Source: Octopus bimaculoides (taxonomy: Eukaryota). Taken from it: 38,771 nucleotides of DNA. Shown piece by piece: positions 11,991 through 23,774 of this stretch. Position numbers and translations under genes: made by a program. The number at the start of each line of letters is the position of its first letter. Within the stretch, counting starts at the first letter, position 1. A model generated the notes under the pieces. That model ran no database searches, had not been told where the DNA came from, and saw only the letters and a program-made list of their open reading frames with translations. Where the stretch lies: the NCBI RefSeq assembly GCF_001194135.2, contig NC_068988.1, positions 78,623,309 through 78,662,079 on the forward strand, in the 5' to 3' direction.

Positions 11991-13073
11991 TGCTGAGTTC
12001 AAATCTAACCATGTGTGTAGTTTCGAGCGGGACGCTACCTTCCTCCACTGAGTTACTCTAGACGCGTTGAATAAAGATGATTTTCTTCTTGATCTGCCCT
12101 AGTGCTCACGGAATCTTGTCCATTTTCCTCTTTTCATTTACACATTTTATATATGAAGGAAACAACGGATCTAACAGGAGTTGGAAACGATTTGATAGAG
12201 AGGATGTTGTTGATGTAGCACTGATAGTGGTTTTAACTATTAGATTAAAATGTGGTAGTAATTTTTCGGGAATTACTTGTAATATTGATAGGGATTCGTT
12301 GAGCGAGGTCTATGTCCATCCATTTTATTAGAAATACGTCTGATATATATGTATGATATGCATGTGTGATTCACATGTCTGATACACATATCAGGTAGAA
12401 TGAAAGTAGACTGTGTCTTCAGTGGATCAGCTCCCTTTTGAGCAGCCCGTAATCAGAGTGTAAGTTCTGACTCCCATCAACACATATCGCCACGATTAGT
12501 GCTTCGAAAAAGTCTTCCATATTTGTTTCTTTTTCTCCGTTTTGTGCATTTGTGCATACGCAGATTTCTACTAAAGCAACAAACAGCCAATGCAGGCAAA
12601 CGAAGCCTTTGCCAGAAAACTCTTTATGCTAAAAATAACAGCTAAAGGTCTGGTACACAGAAATATGCTATTAAGACAACTTATCTGCTGCATACGATTT
12701 TGTTTTTTCGCTTGAAGTAAATTCCCAGGTAAACGTTTCTAATAGAAAAGCAGAAAACACCAGAAGCAAAATTAAGAAATATGCACGCACAGCTAAATAT
12801 AGAAGTGTAAAGTATAATGTGTTACATAATATCTATAATAAGCATGATATTGAATGGAATAATTCCTCGTTTGAACTTTTATTAATTACATGTGTGTGTG
12901 TGTGTGCGTGAGTGTGTGTGTGTGTGTGTGGTAGAAATTTACGGATACACAAACGCGCAAAACGGAGAAAATGAACAAAATATGGACGACTTGTTCTGAA
13001 ACACCCCTTAGTGAGGAACAGTTCTGAAAAATAGCCCGCAATTATCCCCCCCTCCAAAAAAAATCCTATGTCC

Positions 13074-13290
13074 TCGGAATCTACGTAATCCGAAGTATAT
13101 TTGCAGAGAATTTCATTAAGGAATATCCATTATTTTAAACGTTAAGACGAATTAAAGATGGATTTTGCGAAACTTCTCACCCCACCCCATCCTAAAACAC
13201 TTTACCATCAAATTTTGTATATTCGGAATCTACATGATACAACACAAATTCGTAGAAAATTTCATTAAAAAAATATTCTTTTTTCTGAAA
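13074..13290. repeat. Two diverged direct repeats (46-bp core, period 149 bp), probably internal to an unclassified non-autonomous element
   Basis: 13074-13119 vs 13223-13268 match at 35/46 positions ungapped. Confidence 0.6.
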
Positions 13291-14116
13291 CAATTCGGGT
13301 GAGGTGGGGGCAGAAATCTGTAGTTATGCACACTACTCATATATGAACTGAAATATTTCTTAGGCGTACACACAACAAAAGATTAAAAAAAAAACATAAA
13401 TCGATACAATGAGTTCTAATATTTGTCTTCATTAGCCTAAATTATTTTTTATAAAAAAATAATAATTTTTTTGCTCAATTTTTTGCAGTATGGCTTTTTA
13501 AAGTCCATTTTTTTTTAATAAATTATTTTAATAACAAGATTATTTAATAGAATATTAATTTTTTTTTTGATTTTGTCATTNNNNNNNNNNNNNNNNNNNN
13601 NNNNNNNNNNNNNNNNNNNNNNNNNNNNNNNNNNNNNNNNNNNNNNNNNNNNNNNNNNNNNNNNNNNNNNNNNNNNNNNNNNNNNNNNNNNNNNNNNNNN
13701 NNNNNNNNNNNNNNNNNNNNNNNNNNNNNNNNNNNNNNNNNNNNNNNNNNNNNNNNNNNNNNNNNNNNNNNNNNNNNNNNNNNNNNNNNNNNNNNNNNNN
13801 NNNNNNNNNNNNNNNNNNNNNNNNNNNNNNNNNNNNNNNNNNNNNNNNNNNNNNNNNNNNNNNNNNNNNNNNNNNNNNNNNNNNNNNNNNNNNNNNNNNN
13901 NNNNNNNNNNNNNNNNNNNNNNNNNNNNNNNNNNNNNNNNNNNNNNNNNNNNNNNNNNNNNNNNNNNNNNNNNNNNNNNNNNNNNNNNNNNNNNNNNNNN
14001 NNNNNNNNNNNNNNNNNNNNNNNNNNNNNNNNNNNNNNNNNNNNNNNNNNNNNNNNNNNNNNNNNNNNNNNNNNTTAACTATTACTGCAATGCTTGTAAA
14101 AACACTGGACTAGCCG

Positions 14117-14464
14117 ATGAAAAATACGGACGCATACTCACAATATTCTTAACAATTAAACTTGGATATGTGGAGGACAAGAAAAAACTCATTAAAATTA
14201 AAGTTTTAAATATTGCTGCTAAAATTAAAATTTTAAATTTTTCTATTAATTCATTTAGCACAAAAATAAAATTAAAATAAAAAAAGGAAAAATGAAACTA
14301 ATTGAATTTTTAAAAAAATATGAAAAAGTACCTAAGTGGTACTTTTTAATTTTAATTTTAGCAGCAATATTTTAAGCTCTAATTTTAATGAGTTATTTTC
14401 TTGCCCTCTACTTTTCCAGGTTTAATTGTTTAGAATATTGTTAGTATGCGTTCGTATTTTTCAT
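14117..14464. mobile_element. Foldback/MITE-like element with ~115-bp inverted arms
   Basis: 14117-14232 is the reverse complement of 14348-14464 at roughly 85-90% identity, with an AT-rich spacer. No clean TSD. Confidence 0.7.
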
Positions 14465-14667
14465 TGGATTATAAATATGAGACAACAATATAGTCATTAC
14501 CTAATATTTTACTTGGGTCACGTGACAAGAAATTGTCTAAATCTATACAGGGATGTTCCTTCATAAAGTAAAGTTTATTTCTTCGGTTTCATCGCCGATG
14601 TTTCTATTGTATATAATGTAATCGCACACATAAGCATACGCAGATAAACGTATACGCATATGTATAT

Positions 14668-14721
<54 letters not shown>

Positions 14722-14759
14722 GTATCTATGTGGGTATTCTTTGCTGATTTTTATTGCAC

Positions 14760-14905
14760 ATGTTCCGTCACCTAAACTCCGCTCACAACGTACTCGGCTT
14801 CTCGTGGAAGGCTTTTGTAGAAAATACTGCCCAATGTGTCGCACAATGGGATTGAATCCAAAACCAAGTGGTTGTGTAGTGTCCTCAATGACCATGCAGC
14901 TATAT
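14760..14905 (-). mobile_element. SINE family A, degenerate 5' part
   Basis: Reverse complement gctgcatggtc...caaccacttggttttggattcaatcccattgtgcgacacattgggcagtattttctacaaaagcc aligns with the heads at 8821 and 31092. Confidence 0.6.
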
Positions 14906-15069
14906 ATGTAGCATCGAATATATTGATTTTTTTTTTAACAAGTTCACTGGCTAATTGCGATACCAGCGCTTATCCTAGCACTGTCATTCTATTAGGTTGT
15001 TCCGAAAATAATGGCCGATTTCAGAAGCATAATTTTATTCTGGAAAAATTAACAATACAAATGTTTTGA

Positions 15070-16089
15070 TTAGTCAAAGTATGAGCCGTGAACATCTATG
15101 CATCTCTGTCATCGATGAAAGAAATTAATTGTGCCTCGTTGATAAAAAACTTATTGGCTTTGATGCTAAGAAATCTTTGAAAGCTGATTCCACCGCTGGT
15201 TTGGACCTGAAAATTTTATCACTTAAAAACGTGTTTAAATGCTTAAAAATGGTAGTCAGTGGGTGAAAGATCAGGAGAATATGGGGGATGTGGTAAAGTC
15301 TCGTATCCCAAGCCTGTGAGTTTTTGCGGCGTCATTCTTGCAGCATGTGGCTTTGCATTATCATGGAGCAGAATTGGGTCACGCCTATTCACCAATGCAG
15401 GTTTCATTTTTTTCAAGTAAGCATACATTTCAGCGAGTGAATTGCAATGAACCTTTACTGTAATGCTCTTATGGGTTGCAGAAAGCTGTAATGGACAACA
15501 CCAATTGCAGACCACCAGACAGTCGTCACCATAATCTTGTGTTGATGCAACTTTAGTTTTGGGAAATGTTTGGGGGACTCATCAGGATCAAGCCATTGAC
15601 CTGATCGTTTACGGTTATCATAAAGGATCCACTTTTCATCAAAAGTGACTATTCAGTCAAGAAAAGGATCATTGGTGCTTCGCAGAAAGAGCATTGAGCA
15701 CACTTCAAAACGCCGAACATTTTGATTTTCATTGGGCTCATGCGGTACCCATTTTTCAAGCTTTTTCACCTTACCAATCTTCTGCAGATTGCATAAGACC
15801 GTTGTAATACCGACACCAAGTGCCGGAGATATTTCTCTGCCACTTTGACGTTGGTTATATTAAACAATTGCTTTCAATTGTTCATTGTCAAGACTGCATG
15901 GCGTCCTCTACTTTCTTCAGCTTCAAAGCTCCCATCACCACAACGGAATTTCTGAAACCACCTTCGTACTATGTGATCACTTGTGGACCCCTCTCCCCAT
16001 GCTATGTTGATATTGGTAGTAGTTTGGGAGGCATTGTGCCTAAGCTTGAACTCATGCAAGGTAAGTAAGCGAAGGTCCATTCTTGTCAT
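15070..16089 (-). pseudogene. Mariner transposase pseudogene (Hsmar1-like)
   Basis: LLTLHEFKLRHNASQ...RRWFQKF; KWVPHE; IVTFDEKW; HDNAKPH...YSPDLSPTDYHF with 34 residues between D2 and D3; ends GSYFD*. At least 2 in-frame stops and 3 frameshifts. Confidence 0.95.
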
Positions 16090-16168
16090 GTTCTTAATTA
16101 AGGGCGCCTATAATTCAAGAATGTTTTCTGTCAGAAATAAGTAGAAAATTATTAAAGAACATACATCC

Positions 16169-16251
16169 ATTATGTATGTCGAAATTCAACTAATTCAATT
16201 ATGTATGTCGAAATTCAACTAATTCAATTATGTATGTCGAAATTCAACTAA
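16169..16251. repeat. 29-bp tandem repeat, 2.9 copies, in the mariner 5' UTR
   Basis: Unit ATTATGTATGTCGAAATTCAACTAATTCA starts at 16169, 16198 and 16227 (last copy 25 bp). Copies are identical over their length. Confidence 0.95.
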
Positions 16252-16772
16252 AATACAATTAAAACACTATGATAAAATTGCGTTTTAAAACACAACACTT
16301 AGAGGGGCCATTATTTTCGGAACAACCTAATATATATCGCTGGCGGGGAGATGAGTCGCTGTTATCTCTAGCGGTCAAGCCTCTATCATTGACCATACCA
16401 AGGAAGGTTGAAATTATTTGGTCTTGTGGTCTCCCAGCTAGCGATGAGCGGATTTTGCACCAAAAACCAATATGCGAGTTACTCTATACAGCAGTATAGT
16501 TTGTTCTAATAGAACATCCACGTTTAAGTGCGGATAATTATTACCTCTCAGTATTAATTCTGCCTCTGTCGCTACTGTATATATTACATTTTTTCCAAGA
16601 AGTATAAAGAATTGATAATGAGGGTAGCGATAGAAGTAATATTTTTGTTTTATTATTGCTAGTATTAATGAAATAGCTGGAATGGACTATATTTTGTTAG
16701 GAAATAAAGTCGTTATGTCAGTCTGCCTGAATCATAATTCTCAGCGAAGCTCTTCAAAACCATTACAAAATA

Positions 16773-17590
16773 TTGGGTCATCCCATAAATTATGCGGTTT
16801 TTTCAATTGCATGAACTAAAAGTCGGAGGGGGACGGGATAAACTACCCGCATCAACTTGCTATAAAAGTAAGTAGCAATTTAAACGTGTCCTTATTCTTA
16901 GTGCAAGTTTTGAAGAGTGCAGTTCGATTTTAACAGTTATTTTTTCAAAGCGATAATGGAAGTGAGAAAGGAGCATATTCGACATATTTTGCTTTATGAG
17001 TTCAATAAAGGCAACAACGCAACGGAAAGTGCGAGGGATATTAATGCCGTATATGAGGATCGGACAATAAGCGTCAACGGTGGTTCCAGAAATTCCGAGC
17101 CGGAAACTACAGCGTAGAAGACGAACCTCGTCCTGGAAGATCTGTAGAGCCCGACTAGGACGTCCTGCAAACCCTGTTGGAACAAAATCCCATCGTAACC
17201 GTTGAGGAACTGATAGAGAAGCTTGGATTTGGTCATTCAGCCAGTCATTCAAGTAAGCGGTAGAAGAAAAACGACCATCTTTGATTTGAAGACGAAAGAT
17301 GTTCTTCCATCAGGATAATGCTCAGCCACATACAAATAGAGTTACATCCTAAAGACTGCGGCAGTTTGAATGGGAAACGATGCCCCACCTACCATATTCA
17401 TCGGACATTGCCTCATCTGATTATCATTTATTCCGCAATCTTCAAAATCATTTGGATGGAAAAAATATGAATTCTGTAGGCGAGGTCAGAACAGTGCTGG
17501 ATGAATATTTTTTGTCCCAGACAAGTGAATTTTGGAAGAGGGGCCTTGCAAGTCTACTAGATAGATGGAAGAACATTGTAGAAAACTAAA
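16773..17590 (+). mobile_element. Internally deleted, 3'-truncated mariner (DD34D), second family
   Basis: TA followed by TIR-like TTGGGTCATCCCATAAATTATGCGG; MEVRKEHIRHILLYEFNKG N-terminus; jump at ~17250 to EEKRP..HQDNAQPH...PYSSDIASSDYHLF (D34D) ...RWKNIVEN. WVPHEL and the first D are missing; no right TIR. Confidence 0.9.
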
Positions 17591-18484
17591 GAAAAGTATA
17601 TATAGCAGCCAGTTACTCTTTTTCTTCCTTTCTTAGACTGGTCCCTTAACTAACCAGTCGCAAATTCTGTCTCTCCGTTCTCCATCGTTCAAAACATTTT
17701 CTAAGTGTTACCTACTATTCTCGTCTTCTTGGCCCCAAGGCTGTATTTTGTTCTCGTCCACCGTGCTAGATCACACTCTGTGTCATTTTGCTTGTTTTGT
17801 TTCGTTTTGTTTGCTCTTGTTCCTAATTCTACGAAAGAAATCTTTTTTTTGCGGGCACCGCCAATTGGGAAGCATTCAGTCTTGTCGATAAAAGTGCGAA
17901 ACTGAAAGGTACCATTGGTCGATAACTGAGGAAGAATTATGGACTTTCTGGTCGTCCCCCGTTTGCTTTTACATTCAGTATACNNNNNNNNNNNNNNNNN
18001 NNNNNNNNNNNNNNNNNNNNNNNNNNNNNNNNNNNNNNNNNNNNNNNNNNNNNNNNNNNNNNNNNNNNNNNNNNNNNNNNNNNNNNNNNNNNNNNNNNNN
18101 NNNNNNNNNNNNNNNNNNNNNNNNNNNNNNNNNNNNNNNNNNNNNNNNNNNNNNNNNNNNNNNNNNNNNNNNNNNNNNNNNNNNNNNNNNNNNNNNNNNN
18201 NNNNNNNNNNNNNNNNNNNNNNNNNNNNNNNNNNNNNNNNNNNNNNNNNNNNNNNNNNNNNNNNNNNNNNNNNNNNNNNNNNNNNNNNNNNNNNNNNNNN
18301 NNNNNNNNNNNNNNNNNNNNNNNNNNNNNNNNNNNNNNNNNNNNNNNNNNNNNNNNNNNNNNNNNNNNNNNNNNNNNNNNNNNNNNNNNNNNNNNNNNNN
18401 NNNNNNNNNNNNNNNNNNNNNNNNNTAGCAATGTTAAATTATTCACTGATATATATATATATATATATATATACATACATGTAT

Positions 18485-19210
18485 TCAATTAAATCGCCAT
18501 TGGTTTCAACCATAGCCTCGAGACGAATTCGGAATCTCTTGCAACTCTTCTGGAGGTTCTCCTTGTTTAAACTGGTGAATGCTGCCATAATCCTTGCCTT
18601 GAGTTCATCTTTGGTGTCGCAAGGAGTTTGTTGGTCTGTCGCTCAACTGCGCCCCACACATAATAATCAGGGGTATTGCAGTCTGGGGAGTTAGATAACC
18701 AGATGTTTGGGGTGGTGTGGTTGTAAAAATTTTCTGACAGCCATGTCTGGGTCCTCCTGCTTGTGTGGCATGGTGCAGAGTCTAGCAGCCACCTTCATGA
18801 TCCAGGGCAGCACTACCTTCTCCAGGTACTTGATGTAGGCCTCCGTGTTGAGTCTGAGGCTGTGTGTGAAGAAGAATGGAGGCATAACGTCGCCATCGCT
18901 AGTGATCACGCGAAAACACCATGATGTTGACTGGATGTTTGATTTTTACCACTCTCGGTATATGTTTTTGGGACTCAGATTGACACCCAACCTTGAAATA
19001 TTCGTATTGGAGCTTCCGGTGCGAATGCCAAGCAGGACTGCATGTCGTTTCGAAATCTCTGGCAGAGTGAATTGCGTTATGGTGCTGTTTTTCTCACAGA
19101 CGGTGCCCAACCGATCCTGCTATACTGTGTAGTCGACAAAATCAAAAACAAACAAAGCGCATGCGCGAAATTAAAAGTATAAATGGCGACAATTTACCTA
19201 TCGCTCCCTG
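18485..19210 (-). mobile_element. maT/DD37D-type transposon deletion derivative
   Basis: TA|CAGGGAGCGATAGG terminus at 19210; IPRVVKIKHPVNIMVF..ITSDGDVMPP; DSAPCHTS...NSPDCNTPDYYVWG with 37 residues between D2 and D3; ends RLEAMVETNGDLIE. Large deletion near 18972; other TIR absent. Confidence 0.9.
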
Positions 19211-19822
19211 TATATATATATATATATATATATATACATGCATACATGCACACATACATATATATATATGTGTATATATATATATATATANNNNNNNNNN
19301 NNNNNNNNNNNNNNNNNNNNNNNNNNNNNNNNNNNNNNNNNNNNNNNNNNNNNNNNNNNNNNNNNNNNNNNNNNNNNNNNNNNNNNNNNNNNNNNNNNNN
19401 NNNNNNNNNNNNNNNNNNNNNNNNNNNNNNNNNNNNNNNNNNNNNNNNNNNNNNNNNNNNNNNNNNNNNNNNNNNNNNNNNNNNNNNNNNNNNNNNNNNN
19501 NNNNNNNNNNNNNNNNNNNNNATATATATATATATATACATACGTATGTCAACATATGTACCAACATATACAAATGCAAACAACTATATCTGTTTTAATG
19601 CATGCATGAACTATTTCGCCCCATAAATCCATCTGTAAAAGCTTTATAACAGGAGACCGAATATTTGTGGAGTTGTTTATTGATAATCAATGTACGGATT
19701 GAGGTGTTTAGTGGCAGTATGTAATGTCAACGCCTTCGTTATTTCTCTCAACACAAACATCTAAACAGTCATATTATAGAAAAACAAATACTGCAACTGA
19801 TTTCGTGTAGTTTCTTTAGCCC

Positions 19823-20070
19823 TCTCCTTCTTATTCTCATTCTCTCTCTCTCCCTCTCCCTCCCTCTCCCTCCCTCTCTCATTCTCTCTCTCTCATTCTC
19901 TCTCTCTCATTCTCTCTCTCTCATTCTCTCTCTCTCATTCTCTCTCTCTCCTCTCTCTCATTATCTCGCTCTCACTCACTCTCTCGGTCTCTATCACACA
20001 TATTCTTCCCTCACTCTCTCTTTCTGTCATTTTTCCTATCTTTCTTTTACTTAAGAGTCTTCACTCTTTC
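19823..20070. repeat. (CT)n-rich tract with higher-order TCTCTCTCTCATTC units
   Basis: Directly visible. Confidence 0.9.
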
Positions 20071-20171
20071 TTTCCACTCCGGCCAATGTTCTCATTTCTC
20101 AACCCCTAACACAAACTCAAATAAACAAATACATAAACACACTGCAACCCAAGTAAGTGCAACACCTGAAT

Positions 20172-20239
<68 letters not shown>

Positions 20240-20335
20240 ATACGTTTGTGATTAGGTGCATCAGTGGTTTGTGTTGTTTGTAGATGTGAATAATTATGAG
20301 TACACACATACGTACACGCAAATACACATAATACA

Positions 20336-20370
<35 letters not shown>

Positions 20371-20416
20371 GTGTGTGTATAAATGTATATGTATGTCTTT
20401 TTTGCTTATGTTAGTT

Positions 20417-20516
20417 TCCATCACCGCTTGAAAACTGGTGTTTGTCTGTGTACTACCAACAGATTATCGGAATGGCTGTTGTCCAATGACTGAAACAAGT
20501 AACAAATAAAAGATAT
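20417..20516 (+). mobile_element. SINE family A, deleted 3' fragment
   Basis: catcaccgcttgaaaactggtgttt and ccaatgactgaaacaagtaacaaataaaaga match segments of 9068-9245. Confidence 0.55.
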
Positions 20517-21461
20517 GTTTGTGTGTTTGCGTGTGTGTGTGTATGTGTGTTTCTGTGTGTAAGTGTATATATATATANNNNNNNNNNNNNNNNNNNNNNN
20601 NNNNNNNNNNNNNNNNNNNNNNNNNNNNNNNNNNNNNNNNNNNNNNNNNNNNNNNNNNNNNNNNNNNNNNATATATATAAGAACACAAACACACTCTCTG
20701 TCTGTCTGTCTCTCTCTCTCTCTCTCACACACACGCGTACACACACACACATATATATATGTACACTAGTAAATCCATGCCATAAAAAAGGATGGTATTT
20801 TAAAAGAAATAAACTGAATCCGGTATTTAGTAAATGCCCCAACATACATTCTATATATGGGATTTGGACTTGCTATAGCACTTTATATATCGCCATGATC
20901 GCTTCTTATCAAAGTTCATTAAAAATAAAATTAAGTATGTTTTGTCAATAATCAATGTAGCACGCATTACATACAAACATAATATAAATATCATGATAAC
21001 ATGTCTTTTATAGAAAACTTTTACAGTGAAACATATACTGTTATATACAAAGTTTCTTCAATATCATTTCAACGTATATATTTACTTTGATTAATGTACT
21101 TATGTTTTCATATAGAATACAATCTAGTTTACAGGTATAAAATATTCATTTCCAACATTTACATGATACTGATATGTAAATATTTGCAGTACACATATAA
21201 TAGAATATTTTTCATTCATTGCACGCTTGCATTATAAAGTGCATCATGCATGGCTGAATATAATTATGATCGTCCTTCATTGAATCATTTTGTGATTATA
21301 GTTCGAATGACATATCCTTAATAGTTTTTATGACATATACGGTTTCATGTTTAGTTAAGCATGTCTTTAATTACATTTTTAGCGGAGACTCTGCTTACAG
21401 TCTGCTTTCTTTGATCGTCACTTCTTTCTATGTATAAGATCAAATTATTCTTAATTCTAGT

Positions 21462-21493
<32 letters not shown>

Positions 21494-21673
21494 ACAGAGA
21501 TACAAACAGGGTTCTTATAGAAGATAGAGATAATAGTGACGCTTCATTATACACCTCTGGTGGAAGATGAACAAGAGGCACTCCTTTTTTTTTAGTTCTA
21601 TTACTAAATGACGCGATAAAAACATGTAAATTAAATATGCAAATGAATTTATTACGACAGGATCTCTGTCTAT

Positions 21674-21731
<58 letters not shown>

Positions 21732-21741
21732 CTATTTCTTT

Positions 21742-21779
<38 letters not shown>

Positions 21780-22836
21780 CTGGTGTGGGTGAGTGTGTGT
21801 ATGTATGTATGTATGTATATATATATGGTTAAAGGGGAGCTATAAAAGAAAGTGATATATCAAACTGGAGTGTGCCACAGTTGGCTAGGTCGGATGATGC
21901 ATATCATGCAGTTAAGTAGTTCATTATCGCAGCGCAAAATGCATCAATGAAAGGAAGTTAACTGTTGTTTGGAAATCTGTAATTCTAATAGAATCCAAAA
22001 GTGTCCGAAAATGAACGGAGCTTTAAGCGTGACGTAAAAACAATAAAAACAGACGAATGTGTTATCTGCTGCTGTTACAATTAACAGTCATTATGGTGAA
22101 ATAAACATGATGCAGTCAAATATGCAGTATGCACTATATCCATAAGATTATGTGATACATTACGCATTTCTCAACTCATTAGGCTTGTAAAATACACAAG
22201 CGAGCAGCGACATGTCGATTAATCAATAGGTCATCAAGTGAAATTTCGAATTGGAATTACCTACGTTTAAGGAATGTAAAGTGGATAGAACTACAGGCTG
22301 TCGATCAGGAGGGTGGATAAACGAAATTAATTATCACGTTCATGAATTTGTTTTGCAAGATTTCTGATGTGAAATCGAGTGTTGAAACATTTCGTGACAG
22401 ACATTTTCTTCTTGCTAAATAAACACACGCACTATATATTCGTTCTTCACTCGTTTATTATTGTTGTTATTTTAGCTTATGTTCATTGGCTGGAAATCTC
22501 TTCCGCGACTCTTCCCTCCCACGTGTATCCTCCTGTTCTATTTAGTCCATGGATTATTCAACATGTCACTGCTTGCTTAGAGAAAAGCGTAATGTATTGC
22601 ATAATCATATGGACATAGTGTATATTGCATATCTGACTGTACCATGCTAACGTCACAATAAAGGTTCTTAATGAAATGATTGTAGCAGTGCCAGATAACC
22701 CATTCATATATTTTTATACACATATTTTATACACATATTTATGTGTGTGGAAGTGTCAGTGTGTGTGCGCGCGAGCGCGTGTACGTGTGTGTTTGTGTGT
22801 GTGTGTGTGTGTGTATGTGCGCGCGCGTGCATGTTG

Positions 22837-22892
<56 letters not shown>

Positions 22893-23422
22893 CCTCCTTG
22901 TTTCATCTTACATGTCATGTCCTTTGACGTGACTCTTTTAAGTTATCTTCATAGGAAGAATAAAACAGTCCTAAGCTATAAATATCATGCTTTGACAGTT
23001 GGTGCTGTTGTTATAGGGTGAATGGGTTTCTTTTGTCTAATATCCACAACAAACAGTTAACATGTGAGAATGCGTTATAAATGTACATTAATCGTAATGT
23101 AGATCTGTTAGAGACATGCAATAACGTGTGTTAATGTTCTTTCATTTGTTTTCGGGGACAATTTTGGTTATTCATGCACCGTGTTAGTGTGTTTCCTTGT
23201 TTTTCTTTGTATGACTCAAAACCTGACTGAAAAGTATTTCCATTCCATAAATGGAAGAAGTCATTTTGTTGCTTTTATTACACATATACATATCTGATCA
23301 CCAACGCGCATGTTTCTATAAGCATATATGTAAACACACACACTCACTCACTCACAAACACACGCAGGCGCAGACACACATACTATGTGTGGGTGTGTGC
23401 CTGTTTAATAGCAGTTTGTCTT

Positions 23423-23543
23423 AGCCCCACCTGACTTAAAGTTTAGTGGGCTCTAAGGGAACGTCCATATCATCAGTTGATTCTGGCACCCGATGATATG
23501 GACGTGTGTTACGCGCCCACAAAACTTTTAGTCAGGTAGAGCT
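23423..23543. mobile_element. Small palindromic MITE-like hairpin
   Basis: 52-bp arms 23423-23474 and 23492-23543 pair at 41/52 ungapped. The innermost 14 bp are perfect; 17-nt loop. Confidence 0.65.
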
Positions 23544-23698
23544 GTCAATTTCTTAATAAATATATACCTTCTACTGAATGAGGTGAGTGCTATTTTTTTC
23601 GTGTGTTCCCTCACTCGTTCACATACATACATACATAATACATAAATACATACATACATACATGCATACATACACATATATGTATATGCATTTATATA

Positions 23699-23730
<32 letters not shown>

Positions 23731-23731
23731 A

Positions 23732-23774
<43 letters not shown>

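Larger units (their letters stand above)
14992..16330 (-). mobile_element. Full-length mariner (DD34D) element, 1339 bp
   Basis: Perfect 25-bp TIRs TTAGGTTGTTCCGAAAATAATGGCC (14992-15016 and 16306-16330), TA target duplications at 14990-14991 and 16331-16332, internal transposase remnant. Confidence 0.97.

Noticed and set aside
12251-12289. EGF-like C-terminal motif CGSNFSGITCNID in ORF 12077-12331
   Set aside because: Only two cysteines are present, the preceding CxC is absent, and there are no convincing exon boundaries.
16169-16251. CRISPR-like array (29-bp repeats)
   Set aside because: Repeats are head-to-tail with no spacers, inside a eukaryotic mariner; no cas genes.
21634-21641. Octamer motif ATGCAAAT
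   Set aside because: A single AT-rich 8-mer is expected by chance in 38 kb; no supporting context.
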